A stretch of 64,000 bases of DNA from Acidobacteriota bacterium (GTDB taxonomy: Bacteria; Acidobacteriota; Thermoanaerobaculia; Gp7-AA8). Where the stretch lies: contig JAFATB010000013.1 of the NCBI GenBank assembly GCA_019244185.1, positions 130,762 to 194,761 of the forward strand, in the 5' to 3' direction. The notes under the pieces are model-generated. The model was not told the origin of the DNA. It did no database searches and worked only from the letters and a program-made list of their open reading frames with translations. Positions 46,609-56,352 of the stretch are shown here, one piece after another. Position 1 is the stretch's first letter, and every line of letters begins with the position of its first letter. Position numbers and translations under genes: made by a program.

Positions 46609-49461
46609 TTACTTCGCGAACACCTCGTCCACGCTGACGATGCGCACGTTCTCGGGTTTGAGGTTCAGCTTGTAGCTGCCGATCACCTTGTCTTCTTCGG
46701 CGAGCTCCGGCTTCGGCGCGTCGTACTTGATCGAGGTCGGGGCGTCGGAGAGCAGCGCGTCGCGGAGGCCTTCCGCGTCCTTGGTCACGATCACGATCTG
46801 CAGGTTTTTCGCGGAGAAGTACTTCTTGATCGCGCGGTTCACCTGGTCGCGCGTGAGCTTGGCGTACTGCGCGCGCATGTAGTCGGTGTACTCCGGCGTG
46901 CCGTACCACCACGAGTCGAGCGCGTAGCCGAGACTCTGGTTCTGGGTCGACGTCAGCAGGAAGACGTTCTTCATCACGTAGTCGCGCGTTTTGTCGAAGT
47001 CTTCCTGCGAGAGGCCGTTGTCGATCATCTTCTGCGTCTCGTAGAGCGCGATGCGCAGCGCCATCTGCGCGTTGACCGGCACGACGGGACGGATCCACAC
47101 CTCGAAGAGCTGCGAGCGGCGGGCGATGTTCGGGCTGGGGAAGAACTGCTGGCCCGGACGATTGAAGAACTCGACGTACGCGTAGTCGCCGTAGTTGAGG
47201 CCGCGTGTTTCGCGGATGCGGTCATAGAGGCGGCCGGACGACGCGCGATGTTCGCCGAGCCACACGCGCGCGAGATTGAGCGCGGCGAAGTCGGAGTCCT
47301 CGCGCGTCACCGGGATCGGAGTTCCGAGCGAGATCGCGGTCGCGCGCGTGTCCTTCTTCACGATCTGGATCTGCAGACCCTGCGGCTGCTTCGCGACGAT
47401 GGCGGGCAGCGACGCGATGGTGGTCGTCGTCGCGCCGGCACCGAGCTGCCCGAGGTCCGTCTTGAGGCGCTGCACGAGCGAATCGGGGAAGTCGCCGGAG
47501 AGGCCGACCACCACGTTCGTGGCCTTGTAGTTGTCGGCGATGAACTTCTTCACGTCGTCGAGCGTGATCGACTGCAGGCCGGCGATGGTGCCGAGCGGCG
47601 TGTGGCCGTACGGCGTGCCGTCGAAGAGCACGTTCTGCAACTGCTCCTTGCCGAGCTCCTCGTCGTTCGCGGAGCGGAGGTCGGTCTGCAGTTCGTTGAG
47701 CTGCTGATCCTTGAGGCGCTGGAAGTCTTCGTCGCGGAAGCCGGGCGTGAGCAACTGCGGCAGCACGACGTCGAGGAACTTGCCGAGGTTGTCCTTGTGG
47801 ACGACGCCGGTCAGCGTGGTCATTTCCTTGTCGACCTGGCTGCCGAACGAGCCGGCGATCGGGAAGAGGGCCTTCTGGATCTCGTCGACGCGCATCGACT
47901 TCGACCCCGCCTCGGTGATCATCGACGCGGCGAGCTGCGCGAGACCTTCCTTGCCTTTCGGATCGTTCGCCGAGCCGACCGTGAAGAGGAGCTTGAACAT
48001 CACGTTCGGCAGCACCGACTTCTGCTGGATGAAGCGGATTTGCACTTCCTGTCCGTTGGCCATCGCCGGCGCGGCCGACGTCATCGCATCGACCGACGGC
48101 AGCTTCGCCTCCGCTTCCGGCATCGGCTGCGTGGAGAGGTCGGTGATGACCATGTTCGCGTCGGTGACGTACTTGCGCGCGGCGGCCTGGATGTCGTCCG
48201 GCGTCGTCTGCGAGTAGACGTTGTAGAACTTGTTGATCGTGTCGAACGAGCGCTCGAAGTACGCGAAGCGGGCGATGGTCGACGCGATCGCTTCGGTGTT
48301 GTCGAGACGGCGCACGAAGCCGTAGCGCGTGCTCGACTTCGCATCTTCGACGCGCTGCGCGTCGAGCTTGCGGTCACGCGCGGCGGCGAAAGTCTTGAGG
48401 ATTTCATCGCGGACGTACGGCGCGTCTTTCACGTCCTTGATGCGTGCGTAAACGGTGATGAGGCCCGGATCGAAGTTCGGGCCGGCGTCGGCGAACATCG
48501 CGTCGACCTTCTGTTCGTCCTGCACGAGGCGCTTGTAGAGATCGGAGGTCTCGCCGAACTGCAGGTCGAGCATCGTGTCGATGGCGGCGTAGTCCTTCAT
48601 CTGGAAGAACGACGGGCCGTGGAACGCGACCGTGACCCACGGCAGCGTCGGCGTCTGCCACGCGACGTGCTCGTAGACGGGACCTTTCGCCTGCGGCTCC
48701 TGCGGGATGTCGACGCTGAACGTGCCGCGCTGCCAGTCGCCCCAGTACTTCTGCACGAGCGCGATGACGCGGTTCGGATCGACGTCGCCGGCCACGATGA
48801 TGGTGACCTTCTCCGGCCGGTACCAGCGGCTGAAGAACGTCTTCGAGTACTCGTACTGATTGGGCATGTCCTCGATGTCTTTGATGAAGCCCATCGTGGT
48901 GTGCTTGTACGTGTGCGTCGTGTAGGCAGCCTCGTGCTGCGCCTCGTCGAGCTTCTGGATGGGGTTCGCGGAGTTCTTGTTGTACTCGCCGAGGACCGCG
49001 CGCGCTTCGGTCTTGAACGCGGCCTCCGAGTACGAGAGATTCTTGAACCGGTCCGCTTCGATCTCGAGGATCTTCTCGAGATCCTCTTTCGCGAACGTCA
49101 CGTGGAAGTTCGTCAGATCGTTCGAGGTGAAGGCGTTCTGGCGCGCGCCCGCCTTCGTGATGATGCTGTTGTAGACGTCCGGCGGATACGCCTTCGTCCC
49201 TCGGAACATCATGTGCTCGAAGAAATGCGCGAAGCCCGATTTGCCCGGCTCGACTTCGTTGCGCGAGCCGGTCTGCACCGGGATCTGGACGGAGACGATG
49301 TTCGGGAAGCCGGTCGGCACCACGATCACCTTCAGCCCGTTGTCGAGCGTCTTCTCCGTCACGTTGAACGGAAGAATGCTGTTGGCGGCCGGCTGCTGCG
49401 CGAAGCCGGTCATGGCCGCGACGACGCAGAGCGCCGCCATGAGAATGCGTTGACGAACCAT
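46609..49461 (-). CDS. M16 family (insulinase/pitrilysin) zinc peptidase, two-half fused form, exported
   Basis: Signal peptide; LDNGLKV, GSRNE, inverted zinc motif HFFEH, NAFTS; second half GSANDP.GKEGLA, IRETRGLNYG. Confidence 0.93.
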   Translation of the reverse strand: MVRQRILMAALCVVAAMTGFAQQPAANSILPFNVTEKTLDNGLKVIVVPTGFPNIVSVQIPVQTGSRNEVEPGKSGFAHFFEHMMFRGTKAYPPDVYNSIITKAGARQNAFTSNDLTNFHVTFAKEDLEKILEIEADRFKNLSYSEAAFKTEARAVLGEYNKNSANPIQKLDEAQHEAAYTTHTYKHTTMGFIKDIEDMPNQYEYSKTFFSRWYRPEKVTIIVAGDVDPNRVIALVQKYWGDWQRGTFSVDIPQEPQAKGPVYEHVAWQTPTLPWVTVAFHGPSFFQMKDYAAIDTMLDLQFGETSDLYKRLVQDEQKVDAMFADAGPNFDPGLITVYARIKDVKDAPYVRDEILKTFAAARDRKLDAQRVEDAKSSTRYGFVRRLDNTEAIASTIARFAYFERSFDTINKFYNVYSQTTPDDIQAAARKYVTDANMVITDLSTQPMPEAEAKLPSVDAMTSAAPAMANGQEVQIRFIQQKSVLPNVMFKLLFTVGSANDPKGKEGLAQLAASMITEAGSKSMRVDEIQKALFPIAGSFGSQVDKEMTTLTGVVHKDNLGKFLDVVLPQLLTPGFRDEDFQRLKDQQLNELQTDLRSANDEELGKEQLQNVLFDGTPYGHTPLGTIAGLQSITLDDVKKFIADNYKATNVVVGLSGDFPDSLVQRLKTDLGQLGAGATTTTIASLPAIVAKQPQGLQIQIVKKDTRATAISLGTPIPVTREDSDFAALNLARVWLGEHRASSGRLYDRIRETRGLNYGDYAYVEFFNRPGQQFFPSPNIARRSQLFEVWIRPVVPVNAQMALRIALYETQKMIDNGLSQEDFDKTRDYVMKNVFLLTSTQNQSLGYALDSWWYGTPEYTDYMRAQYAKLTRDQVNRAIKKYFSAKNLQIVIVTKDAEGLRDALLSDAPTSIKYDAPKPELAEEDKVIGSYKLNLKPENVRIVSVDEVFAK

Positions 49462-49550
49462 CGAGAAATCTCCTTCATGAGGTGGGGGTGAACACCCGGC
49501 GCCGCGCATCTTATCGAAGCGGGCGTGTTGCAGTCTTGTGAATGCTGCGC

Positions 49551-49844
49551 TTACGGCGCAGCCTGCTCGCCGGACGTCTCGTCGGGAATCTCGATCGGTC
49601 CTTCCTTGAGATCTTCCTTGATGATGAGGTCGAGGAACATCTCGCGGACGCCGTTCTGGCCGCGCTCGCGATAGACGCGGCGCACGTCGGACGGGCGCAG
49701 CTGGATGCCGGTCATCGTCTGGAGGTATTGGCAGAAGACGACGGCGCGCGAGCGGAAGGAGATGATCAGGATGACCAGCAGGACCGCCGCGAAGATCAGC
49801 GGCATGGCCGCGGCCATCGATTTGAGCTCGAACAGATTCTCCAT
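49551..49844 (-). CDS. Small hypothetical membrane protein
   Basis: One TM helix (PLIFAAVLLVILII); typical codon usage; extended -10 TGCTAGGAT upstream. Confidence 0.7.
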   Translation of the reverse strand: MENLFELKSMAAAMPLIFAAVLLVILIISFRSRAVVFCQYLQTMTGIQLRPSDVRRVYRERGQNGVREMFLDLIIKEDLKEGPIEIPDETSGEQAAP

Positions 49845-49911
49845 CGGACCGTGCGCATCCTAGCAGAATCTCCCGGCATCGAACGTGTATCAGGCGGGGC
49901 GGGAGGTATGC

Positions 49912-50157
49912 ATGTCTGAGGAACGATACGAGCCTGTGTCGTGCGATTACCACGACGAGCTCGAGGCCGCGGCGATGCACAAGAACGAGGTCGAGATCGA
50001 GTTCGATCTCGAGGGCGTGACGCAGAAGGAACGCGGCCGCGTCGAGGACGTTTACACGGCGAACGGCGCGGAGTTCATCCGCTTCGCATCGGACGGCGGC
50101 GCGCTGGAAATCCGTCTCGACCACATCATTTCCATGAAGTCCGAAACGCAGGGCTGA
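49912..50157 (+). CDS. rof: Rho-binding antiterminator Rof (YaeO) homologue
   Basis: YEPVSCDYHDELEAAAMH...AEFI...EIRLDHI parallels Rof YQPINCDDYDNLELAC...EYL...ELRLDKI; SD GGAGG upstream. Confidence 0.85.
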   Translation: MSEERYEPVSCDYHDELEAAAMHKNEVEIEFDLEGVTQKERGRVEDVYTANGAEFIRFASDGGALEIRLDHIISMKSETQG

Positions 50158-50187
50158 CGCCGCCAGCCTCTGCTACCATCGGGAGCG

Positions 50188-50892
50188 ATGCCCAAGGTCC
50201 TCTTCTACGCGGGCACGGCGTTCTGCCTTTTCCTCGCGCTGACCAGCGCCGCCGAGGCGGTGCGCGAGCTCGATCGCGGAGTGCTCGCGTTCGTCGCGCT
50301 GCCGCAGCCGGCGGCCGCGGTCTCCGCGATCGCGGTCGCGCTCGTGGCCTCGCTGGCGATCGCCGCGCTCTTCCTGCGCATGGCCGCGCTGCTCGCGGCG
50401 CGGAATCTGTTCGCCTCGTTCGTGGCGCTGCTCTGCGTCGCCGCGTCGACGGCCTCGCTCGCGGGCCTGCTCTTTCTGCAGTGGCGCATGGCCACGGTCG
50501 CCACGCATCAGCTGGATGAAGTGCACTTCGCCGCGATCATGGCCGTCGGCTTCTTCGTGTCGCTGAGCCTTCTCTCGCTGCGTCCGTACTTCAGCATCCA
50601 GGCGAGCCGCTTTCTCTCCGCGCTCGTGTTCTTCCCGCTGCCGCTGTTCGTGCTGATGCTGGCGCAGGAGATGTTCGTCTCCGCCTCGGCCGCGCCGCTG
50701 CCGGCCGCGACGCCGGCGTCGCGCGTCTACTTCGCGACGCTGGCGCTGCTCTTCTTCTCCATCGCCGTGCACTGCATCCGCCACCGCCATCTCTTCATCG
50801 AGATGACGAACCTCCGCGAACTGCTCGACCCGCGCGTCGATCCGGCGTCGCGCCATGGCCGACCGATCGGCGGCGTGGCGTTCGACACGTAG
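50188..50892 (+). CDS. Hypothetical multi-pass membrane protein
   Basis: About six hydrophobic helices; extended -10 TGCTACCAT just upstream. Confidence 0.75.
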   Translation: MPKVLFYAGTAFCLFLALTSAAEAVRELDRGVLAFVALPQPAAAVSAIAVALVASLAIAALFLRMAALLAARNLFASFVALLCVAASTASLAGLLFLQWRMATVATHQLDEVHFAAIMAVGFFVSLSLLSLRPYFSIQASRFLSALVFFPLPLFVLMLAQEMFVSASAAPLPAATPASRVYFATLALLFFSIAVHCIRHRHLFIEMTNLRELLDPRVDPASRHGRPIGGVAFDT

Positions 50893-50895
50893 CGG

Positions 50896-52311
50896 TCATC
50901 GTCGCAGCAGTTCGAGCGCCCGCGCGCGCGACGCGTTCCACGTTCTCCAGCCGAACGGCCGCGGGCGCTGCTCGTACTTTGCCAGCGTCTCCGGTGCGAA
51001 ACGCGACGGATTCGAGAGGATCACTTCCGCCGCGTCGTCGCTGAGCGTGACGACGTACTTGTCGTCGAACGGCCGCTGCGTGCGCGCGAGGTTGGTCCGC
51101 ACGATGAGCGCGTCGGGATTGATCGCGTGCAGCGTGACGACGGCGAGGACGCCGCTGGCGAGCACGCCGATCGCGAAGCGGCCGCGATGCCCGGTGAGCA
51201 CCGTGGCGATGAACCACACCAATAGCGCCCCGAGCCAGCACATGAACGCGGTCGTGTAGAAGCGATCCTCGGTGAGGCCGTACGCGTCGCGATAGAGCTG
51301 CATCCGCTGATACGCCGAGACCGCGATGATGAAGACCAGCGCGATCTGAACGACGGCGAGGATGCGGAACGTGCGCAGTCCGCGCGCGTCGTCTTTGCGG
51401 ATCAGCCACTCCGCCGCGAGGAGCATCGGCAGCGTCAGCGTCACGACCCACACGAGCTCGAAGAAGCCGCGCCGCGCGTACTCGCTCCACGTCAGATTGC
51501 CGACGCGCACCAGATGCGCGCCGCCGAAGAAGTAGCGGAACTGCACGCCGACGAAGGTCGCGAAGAGCAGGTTGATGAGACCGATGGCGATGTTCGTCTC
51601 GGCTGCGCCGAGGGCGAGGAAGTCGGGACGCGAGACGCGCGGCATCGCGCCGCTGAAGAGGAGGCTGCGCAGGAATCCGGCGCAGATCGCCGCGACGATC
51701 GCGGTCACGACGAGATGCTGGATCGCGGCCTTGAGGTCGAAGGTGATCAGATCGCTGATGAGCTTCGCGAACGCGGCGTCGGCGGAGGCGAGCAGCGCGC
51801 CGAAGAGCAGCAGCGCCGGCAGCGCGATGACGACGCCGCGAAACACGACGCCGCCGGTACGCAGCGTGCCACCGCGCGGCGCCTGCCACGTGAGGTCGGA
51901 GAGGACGAGCTGCGGGAAGCCGGCCGCGGCCTGGAGGCCCGTGGTGACCGACGAACCGGCGAGCTCGGTGAGCCCCGCGTTCGCGAGCCGTACGCCGCGC
52001 GCACCGGCGGCGAGCATCGGCAGAAAGATCAGGAGCATGAAGATGTCGAGCGCCTCGAGTCGCGGCGAGTCGCGCCAGACGAGGCACGCGGAGGCGACGA
52101 GCGCGCACGCGGCGGGGAAGGCGAGCTGCAGCGGCGGCGCGCCTTCGGCCCGCTCGCGGCGGCGCGCGACGGTGGCGGCGGCGACGACGGCGAGGAGGGT
52201 CCAGAGAAACGCGTTGAGTCCCCATGGGATGTAGCGGAGCAGGAGGTCGGCGGCGAGGCCGAGGAGGAGCGCGAGGAGGGCGGCGGTGAGAGCGGCGCGA
52301 TGTCGGTTCAT
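50896..52311 (-). CDS. DUF4153/DUF4173 family multi-pass membrane protein
   Basis: LFGALLASADAAF, VQFRYFFGG, EYARRGFFEL, RMQLY..AYGLT..R, NPDALIVR.N, LSDDA. Confidence 0.85.
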   Translation of the reverse strand: MNRHRAALTAALLALLLGLAADLLLRYIPWGLNAFLWTLLAVVAAATVARRRERAEGAPPLQLAFPAACALVASACLVWRDSPRLEALDIFMLLIFLPMLAAGARGVRLANAGLTELAGSSVTTGLQAAAGFPQLVLSDLTWQAPRGGTLRTGGVVFRGVVIALPALLLFGALLASADAAFAKLISDLITFDLKAAIQHLVVTAIVAAICAGFLRSLLFSGAMPRVSRPDFLALGAAETNIAIGLINLLFATFVGVQFRYFFGGAHLVRVGNLTWSEYARRGFFELVWVVTLTLPMLLAAEWLIRKDDARGLRTFRILAVVQIALVFIIAVSAYQRMQLYRDAYGLTEDRFYTTAFMCWLGALLVWFIATVLTGHRGRFAIGVLASGVLAVVTLHAINPDALIVRTNLARTQRPFDDKYVVTLSDDAAEVILSNPSRFAPETLAKYEQRPRPFGWRTWNASRARALELLRR

Positions 52312-52326
52312 TGTCGTCTCCAAGTT

Positions 52327-52341
52327 CTTTGCATTGTAAAG
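52327..52341. promoter_or_regulatory. Palindromic operator CTTTGCATTGTAAAG upstream of the DUF4153 gene
   Basis: AT-rich imperfect palindrome 15 nt upstream of the ATG; an extra half-site TGCAAAG at 52351-52357. Confidence 0.55.
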
Positions 52342-52436
52342 CAGAATCCATGCAAAGCGCCGCCTCATCGAAAACTCATCGAGAACTCACCTCCGCTGCA
52401 TGGAGCGAACGTGCTGCATCGGCGACGGTTGCGCGC

Positions 52437-53912
52437 ATGATCCGCGCTCTTGTCGTGCTGCTTCTCTCGAACGTTGTTGCGCATGGGTATGCGGCGGATG
52501 CTCCGCGTCTTCTTCCCGCCGCCGCGTCGCCATCCACTCCTCGCGCCGCCGCCTACGACATCCCGTCCCGCATCCTCGGGCAGACGCGGCGCGTCATCGT
52601 GCGGCTTCCGCCGTCGTTCGCGACGAGTGCACCGTCGCGCCGCTATCCGCTCGCGATCGTCCTCGACGGCGACTGGCTCCTCCAGTCCGTCGCCACCGCG
52701 AGCGAGCCGCTCGTCGAGCACGGGCAGATCCCGGAGCTCGTCCTCGTTGCGATCGCGAACACCGACGACGGCGACGGCCGCGTGCACGACCTCACGCCGC
52801 CGGGACTCTCCGTCAGCGGCAGCAGCCTCTCCGAAGGCGGCGATCGCTTTCTCGACTTCATCGAACGCGAGCTCGTGCCCGCGCTCGACGCGCAGTTCCG
52901 CACCGCCGCGCCGCGTCTGCTCATCGGCACGTCGTCCGGCGGCATCCTCACGACCTACGCGGCCGCGACGCGCAACACCTTCCGCCTCGCGCTCGCACTC
53001 GACACGCCGATCCACCTCGGCGATCGCTGGCTCGCGAAGAAACTCGCCGCGCGCGCGAAAGCCGCCGGCGCGCCGCCGCTACATTACGCGTCCATCGACG
53101 CGCGCTTCGGCTGGGACGACGCATCGTGGTCCGCCGTGACATCGAGCGCGCCGCCGTCGTGGGTTCTCTATCGCGAAAAACTCCAGCACGAGTCGCACAC
53201 GTCGATGCAGTTCCTCGGCGCATACCTCGGCCTGCGCGAGCTCTTTCGCGACTACTCGGCGCTCGCCGCGCCGCCGTCGCCGACCACGAGCATCGTTCCG
53301 TACTACGACCGGCTCGCCGAGAGTTACGGCGAGCCGCTCGTGCCGCCGCAGTCGCTGCTGCGTACCGTCATCGACGATCTGCTGATGGAAGGACGCGGCG
53401 CGAACGCGCACGCCGTGCTCGACACGCTCGTCGCGTCGTACGGCGCACCGCGCGATGTCGTGACGCTGCGCGAGCAGGTCGCGTCCGTCGAGCGTCTGCC
53501 GCCGCCGACCGAGTCCGTCGAGTCACTGCTCGCGACGCCGTTCCCGACGCCCGACGAACTGCGCGATTACCTCGGCGAATGGGAAGGGGAGATGTGGCTC
53601 AATCCCGACGCGAAGACGCCGGTGTTGCTGCGGCTGACAGTCGAAGATGGCCACGTGCGCGGCGCGTTCCTGTCGTGGCCCGAGCCGCAGGTGAAAGACG
53701 AACAACCGCTGCAGTACCTCGCGCGCACGCCCGATGGACTCGCGTTCGGCTTCATGAACGGCATGCGCCCGCGCGGCGTGCTGCTGCACGAAGCGAAGCG
53801 CGACGGCGACACGCTGACGGGCACCGTGCGTTTCGGCGGGATCAACTTCGTGCGTCCGGACGGCGAGCGTCCGCCGACGATTCACTTCGTGTTGCGCAAG
53901 AAACGTCAGTGA
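52437..53912 (+). CDS. Exported IroE/Fes-like alpha/beta-hydrolase with C-terminal extension
   Basis: Signal peptide; YPLAIVLDG, R.HDLTP, FLDFIERELVP, GTSSGG, ESH. Confidence 0.82.
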   Translation: MIRALVVLLLSNVVAHGYAADAPRLLPAAASPSTPRAAAYDIPSRILGQTRRVIVRLPPSFATSAPSRRYPLAIVLDGDWLLQSVATASEPLVEHGQIPELVLVAIANTDDGDGRVHDLTPPGLSVSGSSLSEGGDRFLDFIERELVPALDAQFRTAAPRLLIGTSSGGILTTYAAATRNTFRLALALDTPIHLGDRWLAKKLAARAKAAGAPPLHYASIDARFGWDDASWSAVTSSAPPSWVLYREKLQHESHTSMQFLGAYLGLRELFRDYSALAAPPSPTTSIVPYYDRLAESYGEPLVPPQSLLRTVIDDLLMEGRGANAHAVLDTLVASYGAPRDVVTLREQVASVERLPPPTESVESLLATPFPTPDELRDYLGEWEGEMWLNPDAKTPVLLRLTVEDGHVRGAFLSWPEPQVKDEQPLQYLARTPDGLAFGFMNGMRPRGVLLHEAKRDGDTLTGTVRFGGINFVRPDGERPPTIHFVLRKKRQ

Positions 53913-54775
53913 TGCAGCGTCATGCCGCGCGACGGCGGCAGAAACGCGCGCCGCTTCGGCAAGCCCGCCGACGGACCTTCGAGGTGATAGCGGATCGCTT
54001 CCGTCATGCGATCCGCCATCGCGCTCTGCGCGTCGATCCATTCGCCCGGTGCGCCGGCGAAGACGTCGGACCACTGGATCGAGTGGTCGCGCGCGTCGCG
54101 CATCATCAGCGTGACGCGGTACTGCTCGGCGCTGCGGTCGACGCGCGCGTCAATCTGCCAGCGCGGCGGCGCGCCGTCGACGGGTCCGGCGAGGTCGATG
54201 ACCGGTGTGCGCGACGCGCTCGCGAGACGGCTGAGGATCTGCGCGCGCAGCGCATCGCTCCACGCGCGCTCGGACGCGGGAGTCGCGAAAGCCGCGACGC
54301 CGATCGCGTTGCGCACTTCGACCCCGCCGGAGCGCTTCGCGCGCACGATGAAGAATGCGAGCGTCAGCACGGCTGCCGTGGCCGCGGCGATCGCGATCCA
54401 GCGCGGACGCGCGTTGCGCGCGGCGCGCTCGGGTTGGGCGTCAACCGCCGCGGGCTGCGCGACGAAGCGATACCCGCGGCCGCGCAGCGTCTCGAGATAG
54501 ACCGGCGCCTCGGCGGTGTCGCCGAGGGCCGCGCGAATCTGGCGGATGCAGTAGTTGAGGCCGCGGTCGAAGTCGACGAACGTGTCGTCGTCCCAGATCG
54601 CCTTGCGCAGAGTCTCGCGTTCCACGAGCTCGCCCGCGCGCTCGACGAGCAGCACGAGCACGCGCGCCGGCTGCTGCTGCAGCTTCACCGCGACGCCGCC
54701 GCGGCGCAGCTCGAGCGTGCGGCGGTCGAGCGTAAAGTCGCCGAAGCGCAACAGCGGATCGTGGCCGTCGGACAT
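53906..54775 (-). CDS. CadC/ToxR-like membrane-anchored winged-helix regulator
   Basis: RFGDFTLD...LQQQPARVL.LL...IW..TFVDFDRGLNYCIRQIRAALGD...ETLRGRGYRF, a TM helix, then a TolB-N-like domain. Confidence 0.9.
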   Translation of the reverse strand: MSDGHDPLLRFGDFTLDRRTLELRRGGVAVKLQQQPARVLVLLVERAGELVERETLRKAIWDDDTFVDFDRGLNYCIRQIRAALGDTAEAPVYLETLRGRGYRFVAQPAAVDAQPERAARNARPRWIAIAAATAAVLTLAFFIVRAKRSGGVEVRNAIGVAAFATPASERAWSDALRAQILSRLASASRTPVIDLAGPVDGAPPRWQIDARVDRSAEQYRVTLMMRDARDHSIQWSDVFAGAPGEWIDAQSAMADRMTEAIRYHLEGPSAGLPKRRAFLPPSRGMTLHH

Positions 54776-54806
54776 CGTTCCGGTGGATTATGACAGCCGC
54801 GCTCCC

Positions 54807-55343
54807 ATGAACGTTTCGCAGCTCATCGTCGGCATCAACGGCAGCCTCCGCGCGGCGTCCTCGAACGCCGCGCTTCTCCGCGCCGTCGCGCGCGTGCTGC
54901 CCGACGGCGTCGGCTTCGAGATCTATGACGGCATGGACACGTTGCCGCACTTCAATCCCGACCTCGACGCGGAAGGGATGGAGCCGCCACCGCCCGTCCG
55001 CGCGCTGCGCGAGCTGCTCGCACGCGCAGACGCCATCGTGATCTCGTCGCCCGAATACGCGCACGGCATTCCCGGCGCGCTCAAGAACCTCCTCGACTGG
55101 CTCGTCTCCGACGGCGCGCTCGTCGACAAGCCGGTCGCGCTCCTCAACGCTGCGCCCGCGGGTGGTCATTACGCGCAGGCCGCGCTCGCCGAAACGCTGC
55201 GCACGATGAACTGGCGGCTCATCGACGAGGCTTCGCGCATGGAGCCGTTCGTCCGCCGCAAGATCGCCGGCGAGTTGACGGACGACGACGCGCTCGCGGT
55301 GCTGCGCGGTGCGTTGGATGCGCTGCTGCGCGCGGCGACGTAA
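54807..55343 (+). CDS. NADPH-dependent FMN reductase
   Basis: GSLRAASSN, LPHFNPDLD, SSPEYAHGIPGALKNLLDW, KPV. Confidence 0.92.
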   Translation: MNVSQLIVGINGSLRAASSNAALLRAVARVLPDGVGFEIYDGMDTLPHFNPDLDAEGMEPPPPVRALRELLARADAIVISSPEYAHGIPGALKNLLDWLVSDGALVDKPVALLNAAPAGGHYAQAALAETLRTMNWRLIDEASRMEPFVRRKIAGELTDDDALAVLRGALDALLRAAT

Positions 55344-55382
55344 GCGGACGCAATCGCCCCGCGTGCGACAATCCCGCTCCTC

Positions 55383-56252
55383 GTGGTGGTCTGGAACCTC
55401 ATCTTCTCGGCGATTCTTTTGCCCCTCGTCGCAATCGCGCTGCTGGCGCGGCGTCCGCGCCGTCCGCGCGCGGGGTGGCTGGCGACGCTCGTGCTGAGCG
55501 GCGGCATCGTCGGCTTCAGTGTCTTCGTCGTCCCGTGGGGAAACCTCGGCGTGCCGTTGCGCTACGGCGTCGGCACGCTGTTCCTCGTCGCGGTCGTGGT
55601 GTCGCTGCGGCGGAATGCGGAGGCGCCAGCAGACGAGTCGCCGGTGCGCCACATTCTGAAAGTGCTGATCGGACTCTTCTTCGGCGGCGTCGCGTTCGCG
55701 GCGATCGAGGCGCGGATCGCGCCGGCGGGAACGCTCGACGTCGGCGTGCCGCTCGCGGCGGGAACGTACCTCGTCGCGCATGGCGGCTCGACTCCGGCCG
55801 CGAACATTCATGCGGCCGATCCCGCGCAGCAATACGGCGTCGACTTCGTGAAGCTGAACGCCCTCGGCTTCCGCGCGCGCGGCATCTATCCCGCCGATCC
55901 CCATCATTACTTCATGTTCGATGCGAACGTCGTCAGCCCGTGCGATGCGACCGTGCTCGCGGCAAGCGACGGCGTGCGCGACACGCCCGATCCGAAGCGC
56001 GGCCTCGGCAACACGATCCGTCTGCGCTGCGATCACAGCGACGCCGACGTCATCCTCGGCCACCTGCGTCGCGGCAGCATCGTCGTCCGCGCGAACACGC
56101 GCGTCGCGCGCGGCGCAGCGCTCGCGCACGCGGGCGACTCCGGCGAGACACCCGAGCCGCAGCTGCACGTGCACGCCGAGCGCAACGGCGCCGCCGTGCC
56201 GCTCACGTTCGGCGGACGCTGGCTCGTGCGGAACGACGTCGTGCGGCGGTAG
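55383..56252 (+). CDS. M23 family metallopeptidase with N-terminal TM helices
   Basis: H...YGVDF, GNTI, LGHLRRGS, GDSG.TPEPQLHVH (the first His of HxH reads Q, so activity is uncertain). Confidence 0.8.
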   Translation: MVVWNLIFSAILLPLVAIALLARRPRRPRAGWLATLVLSGGIVGFSVFVVPWGNLGVPLRYGVGTLFLVAVVVSLRRNAEAPADESPVRHILKVLIGLFFGGVAFAAIEARIAPAGTLDVGVPLAAGTYLVAHGGSTPAANIHAADPAQQYGVDFVKLNALGFRARGIYPADPHHYFMFDANVVSPCDATVLAASDGVRDTPDPKRGLGNTIRLRCDHSDADVILGHLRRGSIVVRANTRVARGAALAHAGDSGETPEPQLHVHAERNGAAVPLTFGGRWLVRNDVVRR

Positions 56253-56299
56253 CTCACGGAGCTGAACTCCATGCGCACGTCTGTTCGCGCCGACCCGGG

Positions 56300-56328
56300 T
56301 TGACAACTCACAACACCGGCCGCACATT
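56300..56328 (+). promoter_or_regulatory. Candidate sigma70 promoter TTGACA-17-CACATT
   Basis: Perfect -35 at 56300-56305 and a weak -10 at 56323-56328, upstream of the Cys-rich gene. Confidence 0.45.
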
Positions 56329-56352
56329 CATGCGATATGGATGGGGGGAATT

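Noticed and set aside
49462-50124. N-terminal extension of the M16 ORF (1171 aa in the track)
   Set aside because: It overlaps rof and the small membrane gene; the signal peptide and SD place the start at 49461.
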